Shown in pieces: positions 54,864-64,000 of a stretch of DNA of 64,000 nucleotides (position 1 is the first letter of the stretch; every line of letters begins with the position of its first letter). The stretch is taken from NCBI RefSeq assembly GCF_053078305.1, contig NZ_CP166879.1; one strand, 5' to 3'. Made by a program: the position numbers and the translations under genes. Below the pieces are notes generated by a model that made no database searches, was not told the DNA's origin, and saw nothing but the letters and a program-made list of their open reading frames with translations.

Positions 54864-56156
54864 ATGAGCAAAGGAACGACCAGCCAGGATGCCCCGTTCG
54901 GGACATTATTGGGCTACGCCCCAGGTGGGGTAGCAATCTACTCTTCAGATTACAGTTCTCTCGATCCGCAGGAATACGAAGATGACGCCGTATTCCGTAG
55001 CTATATCGACGACGAATATATGGGCCACAAATGGCAATGCGTTGAATTTGCTCGCCGTTTTCTCTTTCTGAACTACGGTGTGGTCTTCACTGACGTGGGT
55101 ATGGCGTGGGAGATTTTCTCGCTGCGCTTCCTGCGTGAAGTGGTTAATGACAACATCCTGCCATTGCAGGCATTTCCTAACGGCTCGCCGCGTGCGCCGG
55201 TCGCGGGTGCGCTTCTTATCTGGGATAAAGGCGGTGAATTTAAAGACACTGGCCATGTCGCCATCATTACCCAATTGCATGGCAACAAAGTCCGTATTGC
55301 GGAACAGAACGTGATTCATTCCCCGTTGCCGCAAGGGCAACAGTGGACGCGCGAACTGGAGATGGTGGTCGAAAACGGCTGCTATACCCTTAAAGACACT
55401 TTTGATGACACCACCATTCTGGGCTGGATGATCCAGACGGAAGATACTGAATACAGCTTACCGCAGCCGGAAATTGCAGGCGAGCTGCTGAAAATCAGCG
55501 GAGCGCGTCTGGAAAACAAAGGCCAGTTTGACGGTAAATGGCTGGATGAACTGGGCTGGGATGCTGCCGGGCAACTGATTGATGGGGAAGGACGGCTGGT
55601 TAACTGCGTGTGGAAAACCTGGGCGTGGGAAACCGCGTTTGATCAGATTCGTGAAGTTAGCGACCGTGAGTTTGCTGCGGTGCCAATCCGTACCGGTCAT
55701 CCGCAAAACGAAGTGCGTCTTATCGACGTATTGCTGCGCCCGGAAGTGCTGGTCTTTGAGCCGCTGTGGACGGTGATCCCCGGCAACAAAGCGATTCTGC
55801 CGATCCTCTGGTCGCTGTTCCCGCACCATCGTTACCTGCTGGATACCGATTTCACTGTTAATGATGAATTGGTGAAAACAGGTTACGCAGTGAAACCGAT
55901 CGCCGGTCGCTGTGGTAGCAATATCGACCTGGTCAGCCATCATGAAGAAGTGCTGGACAAAACTAGCGGTAAATTTGCCGAGCAGAAAAACATCTATCAG
56001 CAACTGTGGTGTTTGCCGAAAGTGGACGGTAAATACATTCAGGTATGTACCTTCACCGTTGGCGGCAACTACGGTGGGACGTGTTTGCGCGGTGATGAAT
56101 CACTGGTTATTAAAAAAGAGAGTGATATTGAACCGTTAATTGTGGTGAAAGAGTAA
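54864..56156 (+). CDS. gss: Glutathionylspermidine synthetase/amidase, short in-frame-deleted allele (430 aa instead of about 619): amidase domain intact, N-terminal half of synthetase domain missing
   Basis: N-terminus MSKGTTSQDAPFGTLLGYAPGG... with CHAP-type amidase Cys/His (HKWQCVEF, TGHVAIIT); C-terminal 130 aa align to the YgiC C-terminus, but only about 105 aa separate the amidase domain from that block versus about 256 aa before it in YgiC. Confidence 0.8.
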   Translation: MSKGTTSQDAPFGTLLGYAPGGVAIYSSDYSSLDPQEYEDDAVFRSYIDDEYMGHKWQCVEFARRFLFLNYGVVFTDVGMAWEIFSLRFLREVVNDNILPLQAFPNGSPRAPVAGALLIWDKGGEFKDTGHVAIITQLHGNKVRIAEQNVIHSPLPQGQQWTRELEMVVENGCYTLKDTFDDTTILGWMIQTEDTEYSLPQPEIAGELLKISGARLENKGQFDGKWLDELGWDAAGQLIDGEGRLVNCVWKTWAWETAFDQIREVSDREFAAVPIRTGHPQNEVRLIDVLLRPEVLVFEPLWTVIPGNKAILPILWSLFPHHRYLLDTDFTVNDELVKTGYAVKPIAGRCGSNIDLVSHHEEVLDKTSGKFAEQKNIYQQLWCLPKVDGKYIQVCTFTVGGNYGGTCLRGDESLVIKKESDIEPLIVVKE

Positions 56157-56171
56157 TACATGTTGTAGCAA

Positions 56172-56208
56172 TCCCGTACTGATTATGAAGAATAGTCAGT
56201 ACGGGGAT
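56172..56208 (+). terminator. Hairpin after gss (possible terminator)
   Basis: cccgtactga-N14-tcagtacggg 10-bp stem 16 nt after the stop; weak T tract. Confidence 0.4.
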
Positions 56209-56446
56209 TAATCAAATATTCAATATTTATATATTCAAATATTTATTCATTTCATATGTGAATACATTAACCAGCAGAATGCCTGTGTTCTAATTATTTC
56301 TAAAGATTTTTAATGAATGCTTATTGTCTGATACACAAGAAATAACACTCTTTTTATCGTTAAAAAATGATATTTCACTTTGCCCACACCGTTAAAGTCA
56401 CTGATAATGCGTCCGTTCGTAAATTCAAAATGGCGTAATCTAATAT

Positions 56447-57946
56447 ATGCTAAATTTATTTGTTGGCCTTGATATATACACAGGGCTTTTGTTATTACTT
56501 GCTCTGGCATTTGTGTTGTTCTACGAAGCAATCAATGGTTTTCATGACACGGCGAATGCGGTGGCAACCGTTATTTATACTCGTGCCATGCAGCCACAGC
56601 TTGCCGTGGTGATGGCGGCATTTTTTAACTTTTTTGGCGTGTTATTGGGCGGACTTAGCGTTGCCTATGCCATTGTCCATATGTTGCCAACCGATTTGTT
56701 GCTGAATATGGGGTCAACCCACGGCCTGGCGATGGTCTTTTCCATGCTGCTGGCGGCGATTATCTGGAACCTGGGAACGTGGTTCTTTGGTTTACCGGCC
56801 TCCAGTTCGCATACCTTGATTGGCGCGATTATCGGCATCGGTTTAACCAACGCGCTGTTAACCGGCTCATCGGTGATGGATGCGTTAAACCTGCGTGAAG
56901 TGACCAAAATTTTCTCCTCGCTGATTGTTTCCCCTATCGTCGGCCTGGTCATTGCGGGAGGCCTGATATTCCTGCTGCGACGCTACTGGAGCGGAACGAA
57001 AAAGCGTGACCGTATTCACCGCATTCCGGAAGATCGCAAAAAGAAAAAAGGCAAACGTAAGCCGCCATTCTGGACGCGTATTGCGCTGATTGTTTCCGCT
57101 GCGGGCGTGGCGTTTTCGCACGGCGCGAACGACGGACAAAAAGGGATCGGCCTGGTGATGCTGGTACTGGTGGGGATTGCCCCTGCTGGCTTCGTCGTCA
57201 ATATGAACGCGTCCGGCTATGAAATTACCCGTACCCGCGATGCCGTTACCAACTTCGAACACTACCTGCAACAGCATCCTGAACTGCCGCAGAAGTTGAT
57301 TACGATGGAACCTCCATTGCCTGCGGCATCTACTGATGGCGCGCAAGTGACGGAGTTTCACTGTCATCCGGCAAATACCTTTGATGCGATTGCGCGCGTT
57401 AAAACGATGCTGCCAGGCAATATGGAAAGTTACGAGCCGTTAAGCGTGAGTCAGCGCAGCCAGCTGCGCCGCATTATGCTGTGCATCTCTGATACCTCCG
57501 CGAAGCTGGCGAAACTGCCAGGCGTCAGTAAAGAAGACCAGAACCTGCTGAAAAAACTTCGCAGCGATATGTTAAGCACCATTGAGTACGCTCCGGTGTG
57601 GATCATCATGGCGGTAGCACTGGCGCTCGGCATTGGCACCATGATTGGCTGGCGTCGTGTAGCGATGACCATCGGTGAGAAGATTGGTAAGCGCGGCATG
57701 ACGTATGCGCAAGGCATGGCGGCACAAATGACGGCGGCAGTGTCTATCGGTCTTGCCAGTTATATTGGGATGCCCGTCTCCACAACACACGTCCTCTCGT
57801 CTGCAGTTGCAGGGACGATGGTGGTGGACGGCGGTGGGTTACAGCGTAAAACGGTAACCAGCATCCTGATGGCATGGGTGTTTACTTTACCGGCGGCAAT
57901 TTTTCTTTCTGGTGGGCTGTACTGGATAGCATTGCAGTTGATTTAA
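56447..57946 (+). CDS. pitB: Low-affinity inorganic phosphate transporter PitB
   Basis: 499 aa; [39 protein letters not shown]... PiT family. Confidence 0.9.
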   Translation: MLNLFVGLDIYTGLLLLLALAFVLFYEAINGFHDTANAVATVIYTRAMQPQLAVVMAAFFNFFGVLLGGLSVAYAIVHMLPTDLLLNMGSTHGLAMVFSMLLAAIIWNLGTWFFGLPASSSHTLIGAIIGIGLTNALLTGSSVMDALNLREVTKIFSSLIVSPIVGLVIAGGLIFLLRRYWSGTKKRDRIHRIPEDRKKKKGKRKPPFWTRIALIVSAAGVAFSHGANDGQKGIGLVMLVLVGIAPAGFVVNMNASGYEITRTRDAVTNFEHYLQQHPELPQKLITMEPPLPAASTDGAQVTEFHCHPANTFDAIARVKTMLPGNMESYEPLSVSQRSQLRRIMLCISDTSAKLAKLPGVSKEDQNLLKKLRSDMLSTIEYAPVWIIMAVALALGIGTMIGWRRVAMTIGEKIGKRGMTYAQGMAAQMTAAVSIGLASYIGMPVSTTHVLSSAVAGTMVVDGGGLQRKTVTSILMAWVFTLPAAIFLSGGLYWIALQLI

Positions 57947-57994
57947 CCTTCCTGAAAATGCCCGGTCCTGGCGATCGGGCATTTCCATATTTGG

Positions 57995-58687
57995 CTAGTG
58001 ATAACCACGCGCGGTCATAAAATCCGTAATCGCTTTTTCTGCATCAACCAACACCTGTTCCAGTGGCTGATTGGCATCGATATCAACCAGTTGTGCACCA
58101 CCAAAGGTTAACTGTGGCGTTATGGCAATCTTCCTCGCCAGCGATTCCCGTTTATGGTCGGGTTTACGCATGCAGGCAACTTCAAGGTCAACATTGAGTT
58201 TGATGACCAGATCAGGCTTATGGCTCGCCATCCAGTGAAACGCTTTACGTTCCTGGCTTGCCAGCCATGAGACAAAACGACTACCTTCAACGTTAGGTGG
58301 GAACACCGTACCATCGTAAGCGCCCGGAATTTGGTCCTGAGGATAACGGTCGGTTAGAACAATTAACCCGCGACGACGACAGGCAAGCATATGACGAAAG
58401 CGCAGTAAGCGATGGGCGACAAACGCTGTAATTACCAGCGCCGGAACTGGTCCTGGCAATTTTTTTGCTGTTTTCACCTGATTTCGTTCAATTGTTTTAT
58501 GTAAGGATTTTCCCATCAACGGTAATTTTGTCACTGCACGACCGACATTTCCGGCCTGTTTTCCTAAATGAACTCTTTCGGCAGCACCATATTTTTCGAC
58601 AACGGTAATGAGATGTTCACACACCGTTGACTTGCCTGAACCATCGCTACCAATAACGGCAATTAATGGAGGTGTTATTGACTGCAT
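57995..58687 (-). CDS. yghT: Uncharacterised P-loop NTPase YghT
   Basis: 230 aa; Walker [10 protein letters not shown], plus TDRYPQD and RKPDH motifs shared with the two paralogs on the opposite strand. Confidence 0.8.
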   Translation of the reverse strand: MQSITPPLIAVIGSDGSGKSTVCEHLITVVEKYGAAERVHLGKQAGNVGRAVTKLPLMGKSLHKTIERNQVKTAKKLPGPVPALVITAFVAHRLLRFRHMLACRRRGLIVLTDRYPQDQIPGAYDGTVFPPNVEGSRFVSWLASQERKAFHWMASHKPDLVIKLNVDLEVACMRKPDHKRESLARKIAITPQLTFGGAQLVDIDANQPLEQVLVDAEKAITDFMTARGYH

Positions 58688-58860
58688 GAATATATCCTTA
58701 AATTTAAATATCCATCCAAAATATTTATTTGGTTAATATGTTTTTATGAAAGCGTAATTCAGGTCAATGTCACAATTAACCATTGTCACAATAAGGTTGA
58801 ACGGATATTCTGAGCACGGACCACGTAATATTCAATACATTATTTACTGTCGGGTTTTTC

Positions 58861-59574
58861 GTGAATCAACGTAATATGTCAATAATTAATTCCACGCCAG
58901 TGCGTGTTATTGCCATTGTAGGATGTGATGGTTCAGGTAAATCGACCCTCACGGCAAGCCTGGTAAATGAACTGGCAGCAAGAATGCCAACAGAATGCAT
59001 TTATCTCGGGCAATCGTCCGGGCGAATTGGCGAATGGATTTCACAGCTCCCTGTTATTGGCGCACCTTTTGGGCGTTATCTGCGAAGTAAAGCGGCACAT
59101 GTGCACGAAAAGCCCTCAACACCGCCTGGCAATATTACTGCGCTGGTTATCTATCTGCTTTCCTGCTGGCGGGCGTACAAGTTTCGCAAAATGTTGTGTA
59201 GAAGCCAGCAAGGCCATCTGCTCATCACCGACCGCTACCCGCAGGTTGAAGTGCCGGGTTTTCGCTTTGATGGCCCGCAATTGGCAAAAACCACGGGCGG
59301 TAACGGTTGGATAAAAATGTTAAGGCAGCGCGAGTTGAAGCTGTACCAATGGATGGCGTCTTATTTACCCGTATTGTTGATTCGTCTTGGCATTGATGAA
59401 CAAACCGCGTTTGCGCGTAAACCTGACCACCAACTGGCAGCGTTACAGGAAAAAATCGCCGTTACGCCGCAACTGACATTCAATGGCGCAAAGATCCTTG
59501 AACTGGATGGTCGGCAACCAGCCGATGAAATTCTGCAAGCGTCACTACGCGCAATTCACGCCGCGCTTTCCTGA
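58861..59574 (+). CDS. yghS: Uncharacterised P-loop NTPase YghS
   Basis: 237 aa from a GTG start (alternative ATG at 58876); Walker A GCDGSGKST, TDRYPQ, ARKPDH. Confidence 0.8.
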   Translation: MNQRNMSIINSTPVRVIAIVGCDGSGKSTLTASLVNELAARMPTECIYLGQSSGRIGEWISQLPVIGAPFGRYLRSKAAHVHEKPSTPPGNITALVIYLLSCWRAYKFRKMLCRSQQGHLLITDRYPQVEVPGFRFDGPQLAKTTGGNGWIKMLRQRELKLYQWMASYLPVLLIRLGIDEQTAFARKPDHQLAALQEKIAVTPQLTFNGAKILELDGRQPADEILQASLRAIHAALS

Positions 59575-59605
59575 TCACCAAAATGGATAGGGGATGATTT
59601 AACGA

Positions 59606-60364
59606 ATGGATGCACTACAAACACAAACTGTTATTAGTACAACCGCGCCGCAGCCCAACTACATTCCGGGGCTGATTGCGGTGGTCGGGTGTGATGGCAC
59701 CGGTAAATCCACGCTGACCACCGACCTGGTGAAATCGCTGCAACAACACTGGCAAACCGAGCGCCGCTATTTGGGGCTGCTCTCCGGCGAAGACGGCGAC
59801 AAAATTAAACGATTGCCGTTGGTTGGCGTCTGGCTGGAACGGCGACTGGCGGCCAAATCCTCGAAAACCCAAAGCATGAAAACCAAATCTCCGGCGCTAT
59901 GGGCGGCGGTGATTATGTACTGCTTCTCGCTGCGAAGAATGGCGAATCTACGCAAGGTTCAGCGACTGGCGCAAAGTGGCGTTCTGGTGGTCAGCGATCG
60001 CTTCCCGCAGGCTGAAATTTCGGGCTTTTATTATGACGGACCGGGGATCGGCGTCGAACGTGCGACCGGGAAAATCAGCATGTTTCTGGCGCAGCGCGAA
60101 CGGCGTTTATACCAAAAAATGGCGCAATACCGTCCTGAATTAATCATTCGTTTGGGGATTGATATTGATACTGCCATCTCCCGCAAGCCTGACCATGACT
60201 ATGCCGAGCTGCAGGACAAAATCGGCGTCATGTCGACGATTGGCTATAACGGCACAAAAATTCTTGAGATTGATTCCAGAGCGCCCTACAGCGAAGTGCT
60301 GGAACAGGCACAGAAGGCGGTTTCTCTGGTTGCCATCGTTTCTGACCGCCGAAGTTTAACTTAA
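59606..60364 (+). CDS. yghR: Uncharacterised P-loop NTPase YghR
   Basis: 252 aa; Walker A GCDGTGKST, SDRFPQ, SRKPDH. Confidence 0.8.
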   Translation: MDALQTQTVISTTAPQPNYIPGLIAVVGCDGTGKSTLTTDLVKSLQQHWQTERRYLGLLSGEDGDKIKRLPLVGVWLERRLAAKSSKTQSMKTKSPALWAAVIMYCFSLRRMANLRKVQRLAQSGVLVVSDRFPQAEISGFYYDGPGIGVERATGKISMFLAQRERRLYQKMAQYRPELIIRLGIDIDTAISRKPDHDYAELQDKIGVMSTIGYNGTKILEIDSRAPYSEVLEQAQKAVSLVAIVSDRRSLT

Positions 60365-60409
60365 GGCTGGCGGGATACTTTTTACTATCAACGATAAGGT
60401 CAGGCTGAA

Positions 60410-61759
60410 TTGGCGGGTTTTAACATCAAACATTGGTTTGCAGATGGCGCGTTTCGCACCATTATTCGCAATAGCGCCTGGTTAGGCTCCAGTAATGTCG
60501 TGAGCGCTTTGCTGGGGCTGTTGGCGCTCTCGTGTGCCGGTAAAGGGATGACGCCCGCCATGTTTGGCGTACTGGTGATTGTGCAATCGTACGCCAAGTC
60601 GATCAGCGATTTTATTAAGTTTCAGACATGGCAGCTGGTGGTTCAGTACGGAACACCAGCATTAACCAACAATAATCCGCAGCAATTTCGCAATGTCGTC
60701 TCATTTTCCTTCTCGCTGGATATCGTCAGCGGCGCGGTGGCGATTGTCGGCGGCATTGCCTTACTGCCATTCCTTTCCCATTCATTAGGTCTGGATGACC
60801 AAAGCTTTTGGCTGGCGGCGCTGTATTGCACGCTCATTCCTTCAATGGCTTCCTCCACGCCGACCGGCATTCTGCGTGCGGTAGATCGCTTTGATTTGAT
60901 TGCTGTACAGCAGGCGACGAAACCTTTTCTGCGCGCAGCGGGGAGCGTCGTAGCCTGGTATTTTGACTTTGGTTTTGCGGGTTTTGTTATTGCCTGGTAC
61001 GTGTCGAATCTGGTTGGCGGCACCATGTACTGGTGGTTTGCCGCGCGCGAATTACGCCGCAGAAATATCCATAACGCCTTCAAATTGAATCTGTTTGAGT
61101 CTGCCCGACACATTAAAGGCGCGTGGAGTTTTGTCTGGTCGACCAACATTGCCCACTCCATCTGGTCGGCACGTAACTCGTGCAGCACAGTGTTGGTGGG
61201 GATCGTGTTAGGACCCGCTGCCGCCGGGTTATTTAAAATCGCCATGACATTCTTCGACGCCGCCGGAACGCCAGCGGGTTTACTGGGTAAAAGTTTTTAC
61301 CCAGAGGTGATGCGTTTAGATCCGCGCACCACCAGACCGTGGTTGTTAGGCGTGAAGTCCGGTTTACTGGCGGGCGGAATCGGTATTCTGGTGGCGCTCG
61401 CGGTGTTGATCGTCGGCAAGCCGCTCATTTCGCTGGTGTTTGGCGTTAAGTATCTCGAAGCGTATGACCTGATTCAGGTGATGCTGGGCGCAATTGTGAT
61501 CTCGATGCTGGGCTTCCCTCAGGAGTCATTGCTATTGATGGCGGGAAAACAGCGCGCTTTTCTCGTGGCGCAAACCATCGCCTCAATCGGCTACATCGTA
61601 TTGCTGTTCATGTTCTGTCATCTGTTTGGCGTGCTGGGAGCAGCGTTTGCTTACTTCGGTGGGCAATGTCTGGACGTGGCGCTCTCGTTAATTCCAACCT
61701 TAAAGGCATTTTTTCAGCGCCATTCCTTGCTTTATAACGCAGCCGGAGAGAAATCCTGA
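60410..61759 (+). CDS. yghQ: Polytopic inner-membrane protein YghQ, MOP/Wzx-flippase-like
   Basis: 449 aa from the ORF-track TTG start (true start uncertain); about 12 hydrophobic helices; longer than the 355 aa I remember for the K-12 annotation. Confidence 0.75.
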   Translation: MAGFNIKHWFADGAFRTIIRNSAWLGSSNVVSALLGLLALSCAGKGMTPAMFGVLVIVQSYAKSISDFIKFQTWQLVVQYGTPALTNNNPQQFRNVVSFSFSLDIVSGAVAIVGGIALLPFLSHSLGLDDQSFWLAALYCTLIPSMASSTPTGILRAVDRFDLIAVQQATKPFLRAAGSVVAWYFDFGFAGFVIAWYVSNLVGGTMYWWFAARELRRRNIHNAFKLNLFESARHIKGAWSFVWSTNIAHSIWSARNSCSTVLVGIVLGPAAAGLFKIAMTFFDAAGTPAGLLGKSFYPEVMRLDPRTTRPWLLGVKSGLLAGGIGILVALAVLIVGKPLISLVFGVKYLEAYDLIQVMLGAIVISMLGFPQESLLLMAGKQRAFLVAQTIASIGYIVLLFMFCHLFGVLGAAFAYFGGQCLDVALSLIPTLKAFFQRHSLLYNAAGEKS

Positions 61760-62583
61760 TGATGAGAAAATATTTCCCGCTTGAGGCGAGCGAGCGTCTA
61801 TTTGTTGCGATTGAAGAAGATGATGTCGTTGATGCACAGGTTAGTTTGCCGCCGACTATTGCACTAAGTTGTACCACCGAAATCATTCATGATAATTACG
61901 CGTTATGCCTGCAATTCTGGCTCAATGGCGTTGATCGTCAGGAATTACTTCGTTTAGTTCGCAAACAAGCCAAAGGCGATGAGCTGACTGCTGATGAGTG
62001 CAAACAATTTAAATACATGCGAGCGCGCTACAAGCACCTGCGTTTTGCGCAACGGCTGTATTTAAAGAAGCATCAGGCCGGATTTTTATTCGGCAAAACG
62101 ACCGTTTTTCTGGGACGTTTTCAGGACGGATTTCGTAACGGTAAGAAAAATATTGTGTCGTATTACGGCAACCTGTTACGAATTTATTTAAGCTCTCCGG
62201 TCTGGTCGTTGGTGAACTATTCATTACGCCATAGCCAGTTAGAAAGCGTAAGCGGTTTTATTGCCTATCGGCAAAAGCAAATGCATGCCCTGAAAGAGAT
62301 AATTGCCAAACCGCGACTAACCGGCAGGGAATTTCATGATGTGCGAAAAATCATCAGCCAGCAGGTTTCTTATTACGACACCTTAAGATCGCTTGATCCT
62401 GAAAATAAAGAGGCGTTACAGATTTCCCGTTTCCTCGCCGCCATTAATGGCCTGATGGGGGATAAACACGACGACATGGTGGCGGATGATATGGAAAACC
62501 GCCAGTCGTATGATGCACCGATGGCGCTGGATAGCGATATTCGCCAGCGCTTAGAGCTGCTGATTTCGCGTTTTCCGCTATAA
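61759..62583 (+). CDS. Hypothetical soluble protein (274 aa)
   Basis: Start ATG overlaps the yghQ stop (TGATG) with SD ggagag; no recognisable motifs. Confidence 0.6.
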   Translation: MMRKYFPLEASERLFVAIEEDDVVDAQVSLPPTIALSCTTEIIHDNYALCLQFWLNGVDRQELLRLVRKQAKGDELTADECKQFKYMRARYKHLRFAQRLYLKKHQAGFLFGKTTVFLGRFQDGFRNGKKNIVSYYGNLLRIYLSSPVWSLVNYSLRHSQLESVSGFIAYRQKQMHALKEIIAKPRLTGREFHDVRKIISQQVSYYDTLRSLDPENKEALQISRFLAAINGLMGDKHDDMVADDMENRQSYDAPMALDSDIRQRLELLISRFPL

Positions 62584-62591
62584 CCGGAGCA

Positions 62592-63155
62592 ATGATGTCA
62601 TCTCGTTTGATTATTGCGCTGATTATCATGCTCTTAGCCCCGGGTGTGCAGGCACACAATTTCGTCACTGGCAAAACGGTTACCCCTGTTTATATTCAGG
62701 AAGGCGGCGAGCTGCTTCTGAATAGCGACGACGAAATTCACTACCAAAAGTGGAACAGCACACAATTGGCGGGAAAAGTCCGCATTATCCAGTATATCGC
62801 CGGGCGTAAGTCAGCGAAGAAGAAGAACTCACTATTAATTAAAGCGGTTGAAGCGGCAAACTTTCCGCAGGATCGTTTTCAGCCCACCACCATTGTGAAC
62901 ACCGATGATGCCATCTTTGGTACTGGCTATTTTGTTGTTGGCAAAATCGAAAAAAATAAACGCCGCTATCCGTGGGCGCAATTCGTTATCGACGGCAATG
63001 GACAGGGACGCGTTGCCTGGCGCTTGCCGGAGCAGAGTTCAACCATTCTGGTGCTGAATAAAGCCGGGCAAATTCAGTGGGCAAAGGACGGCAGCCTGAC
63101 GCCGGTAGAGGTAGATCATGTCATTGCGCTGGCGCAGAAACTGATCAATGAATAA
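62592..63155 (+). CDS. Hypothetical secreted/periplasmic protein (187 aa), possibly YtfJ-like
   Basis: Signal peptide MMSSRLIIALIIMLLAPGVQA; starts 8 nt after the preceding gene with SD ggag. Confidence 0.6.
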   Translation: MMSSRLIIALIIMLLAPGVQAHNFVTGKTVTPVYIQEGGELLLNSDDEIHYQKWNSTQLAGKVRIIQYIAGRKSAKKKNSLLIKAVEAANFPQDRFQPTTIVNTDDAIFGTGYFVVGKIEKNKRRYPWAQFVIDGNGQGRVAWRLPEQSSTILVLNKAGQIQWAKDGSLTPVEVDHVIALAQKLINE

Positions 63156-63185
63156 AAAATTCAAAGGATTGAGGGCGTTAGTGAG

Positions 63186-64000
63186 ATGAAGCTGGTTGAA
63201 CACTACATCATGCGTGGTACGCGCCGTCTGGTGCTGATTATCGTCGGTTTTCTGATCTTTATTTTCGCCAGCTACTCCGCACAGCGTTATCTGACCGAAG
63301 CGGCAAATGGGACATTAGCTCTTGATGTTGTGCTGGATATCGTTTTCTACAAAGTGCTGATTGCACTGGAGATGTTGTTACCTGTTGGTCTGTATGTGTC
63401 AGTTGGCGTGACGCTAGGGCAGATGTATACCGACTCGGAAATTACCGCTATCTCTGCGGCGGGGGGCAGTCCGGGACGCTTGTACAAAGCTGTTCTTTAT
63501 CTGGCGATACCGCTAAGTATTTTTGTCACCCTTCTGTCGATGTATGGTCGTCCGTGGGCTTATGCGCAGATTTATCAACTGGAGCAGCAGTCGCAGTCGG
63601 AGCTGGATGTTCGCCAGTTGCGGGCAAAGAAATTTAACACTAACGATAACGGACGAATGATCCTTTCGCAGACGGTTGATCAGGATAATAATCGCCTGAC
63701 TGACGCGCTGATTTATACTTCTACTGCCAATCGAACCCGCATTTTCCGCGCCCGTTCGGTTGATGTGGTTGACCCATCTCCCGAGAAACCGACCGTTATG
63801 TTGCACAACGGCACCGCCTATCTTCTCGATCATCAGGGGCGTGACGACAACGAACAGATCTACCGTAATCTGCAATTACATCTGAATCCGCTGGATCAAA
63901 GCCCTAACGTCAAACGCAAAGCAAAATCGGTCACGGAGCTGGCGCGCTCCGTCTTTCCGGCCGATCATGCCGAACTGCAATGGCGACAAAGCCGTGGCCT
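63186..64000 (+). CDS. LptF/LptG-family (YjgP/YjgQ) permease, 5' portion; continues beyond the window end
   Basis: MKLVEHYIMRGTRRLVLIIVGFLIFIF... with the family-typical GQMYTDSEITAISAAGGSP block and following TM helix; no stop before 64000, so absent from the ORF track. Confidence 0.75.
   Translation, partial: MKLVEHYIMRGTRRLVLIIVGFLIFIFASYSAQRYLTEAANGTLALDVVLDIVFYKVLIALEMLLPVGLYVSVGVTLGQMYTDSEITAISAAGGSPGRLYKAVLYLAIPLSIFVTLLSMYGRPWAYAQIYQLEQQSQSELDVRQLRAKKFNTNDNGRMILSQTVDQDNNRLTDALIYTSTANRTRIFRARSVDVVDPSPEKPTVMLHNGTAYLLDHQGRDDNEQIYRNLQLHLNPLDQSPNVKRKAKSVTELARSVFPADHAELQWRQSRG

Noticed and set aside
54864-56156. Calling the short gss a frameshifted pseudogene
   Set aside because: The reading frame is continuous from the amidase N-terminus to the canonical C-terminus with no internal stop or frame change; the evidence fits an in-frame internal deletion, so it is kept as a CDS with altered domain content.
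56310-56531. 73 aa minus-strand ORF in the gss-pitB spacer
   Set aside because: It overlaps the pitB start codon region on the opposite strand and lies in AT-rich promoter DNA with no ribosome-binding site.

Overview
This 64 kb window reads as Escherichia coli chromosome, in reverse orientation relative to the K-12 map as I remember it, running from yqiK/yqiJ/glgS through ribB, zupT, tolC, parE, qseBC, parC, plsC, ftsP, ygiQ, dkgA/yqhD, metC, exbBD and the hyb hydrogenase-2 operon to gss, pitB and the yghTSRQ cluster. Almost all of it is conserved core backbone with tight operon structure, an FMN riboswitch ahead of ribB, REP/BIME repeats and several intrinsic terminators. No rRNA, tRNA, CRISPR array, IS element or prophage gene was seen. 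Gene names come from recognising the translated ORFs; all comparisons to K-12 are from memory and were not computed. The main accessory feature is a ~7.2 kb insertion between the convergent genes parE and ygiN: a TonB-dependent outer-membrane receptor divergent from a five-gene operon (ABC ATPase, two permeases, periplasmic binding protein, RpiR/SIS-type regulator). It resembles the described 'fit' iron-uptake locus, whose substrate is unknown. Other points worth a second look are a gss allele about 188 codons shorter than the 619 aa I remember (the N-terminal half of the synthetase domain is missing, in frame), the tandem paralogous P-loop genes yghT/yghS/yghR, and a tightly packed operon downstream of yghS encoding a flippase-like membrane protein, two unknown proteins and an LptF/LptG-like permease. 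The mqsRA toxin-antitoxin pair and the ygiL-yqiGHI fimbrial genes that I remember from K-12 are absent here.
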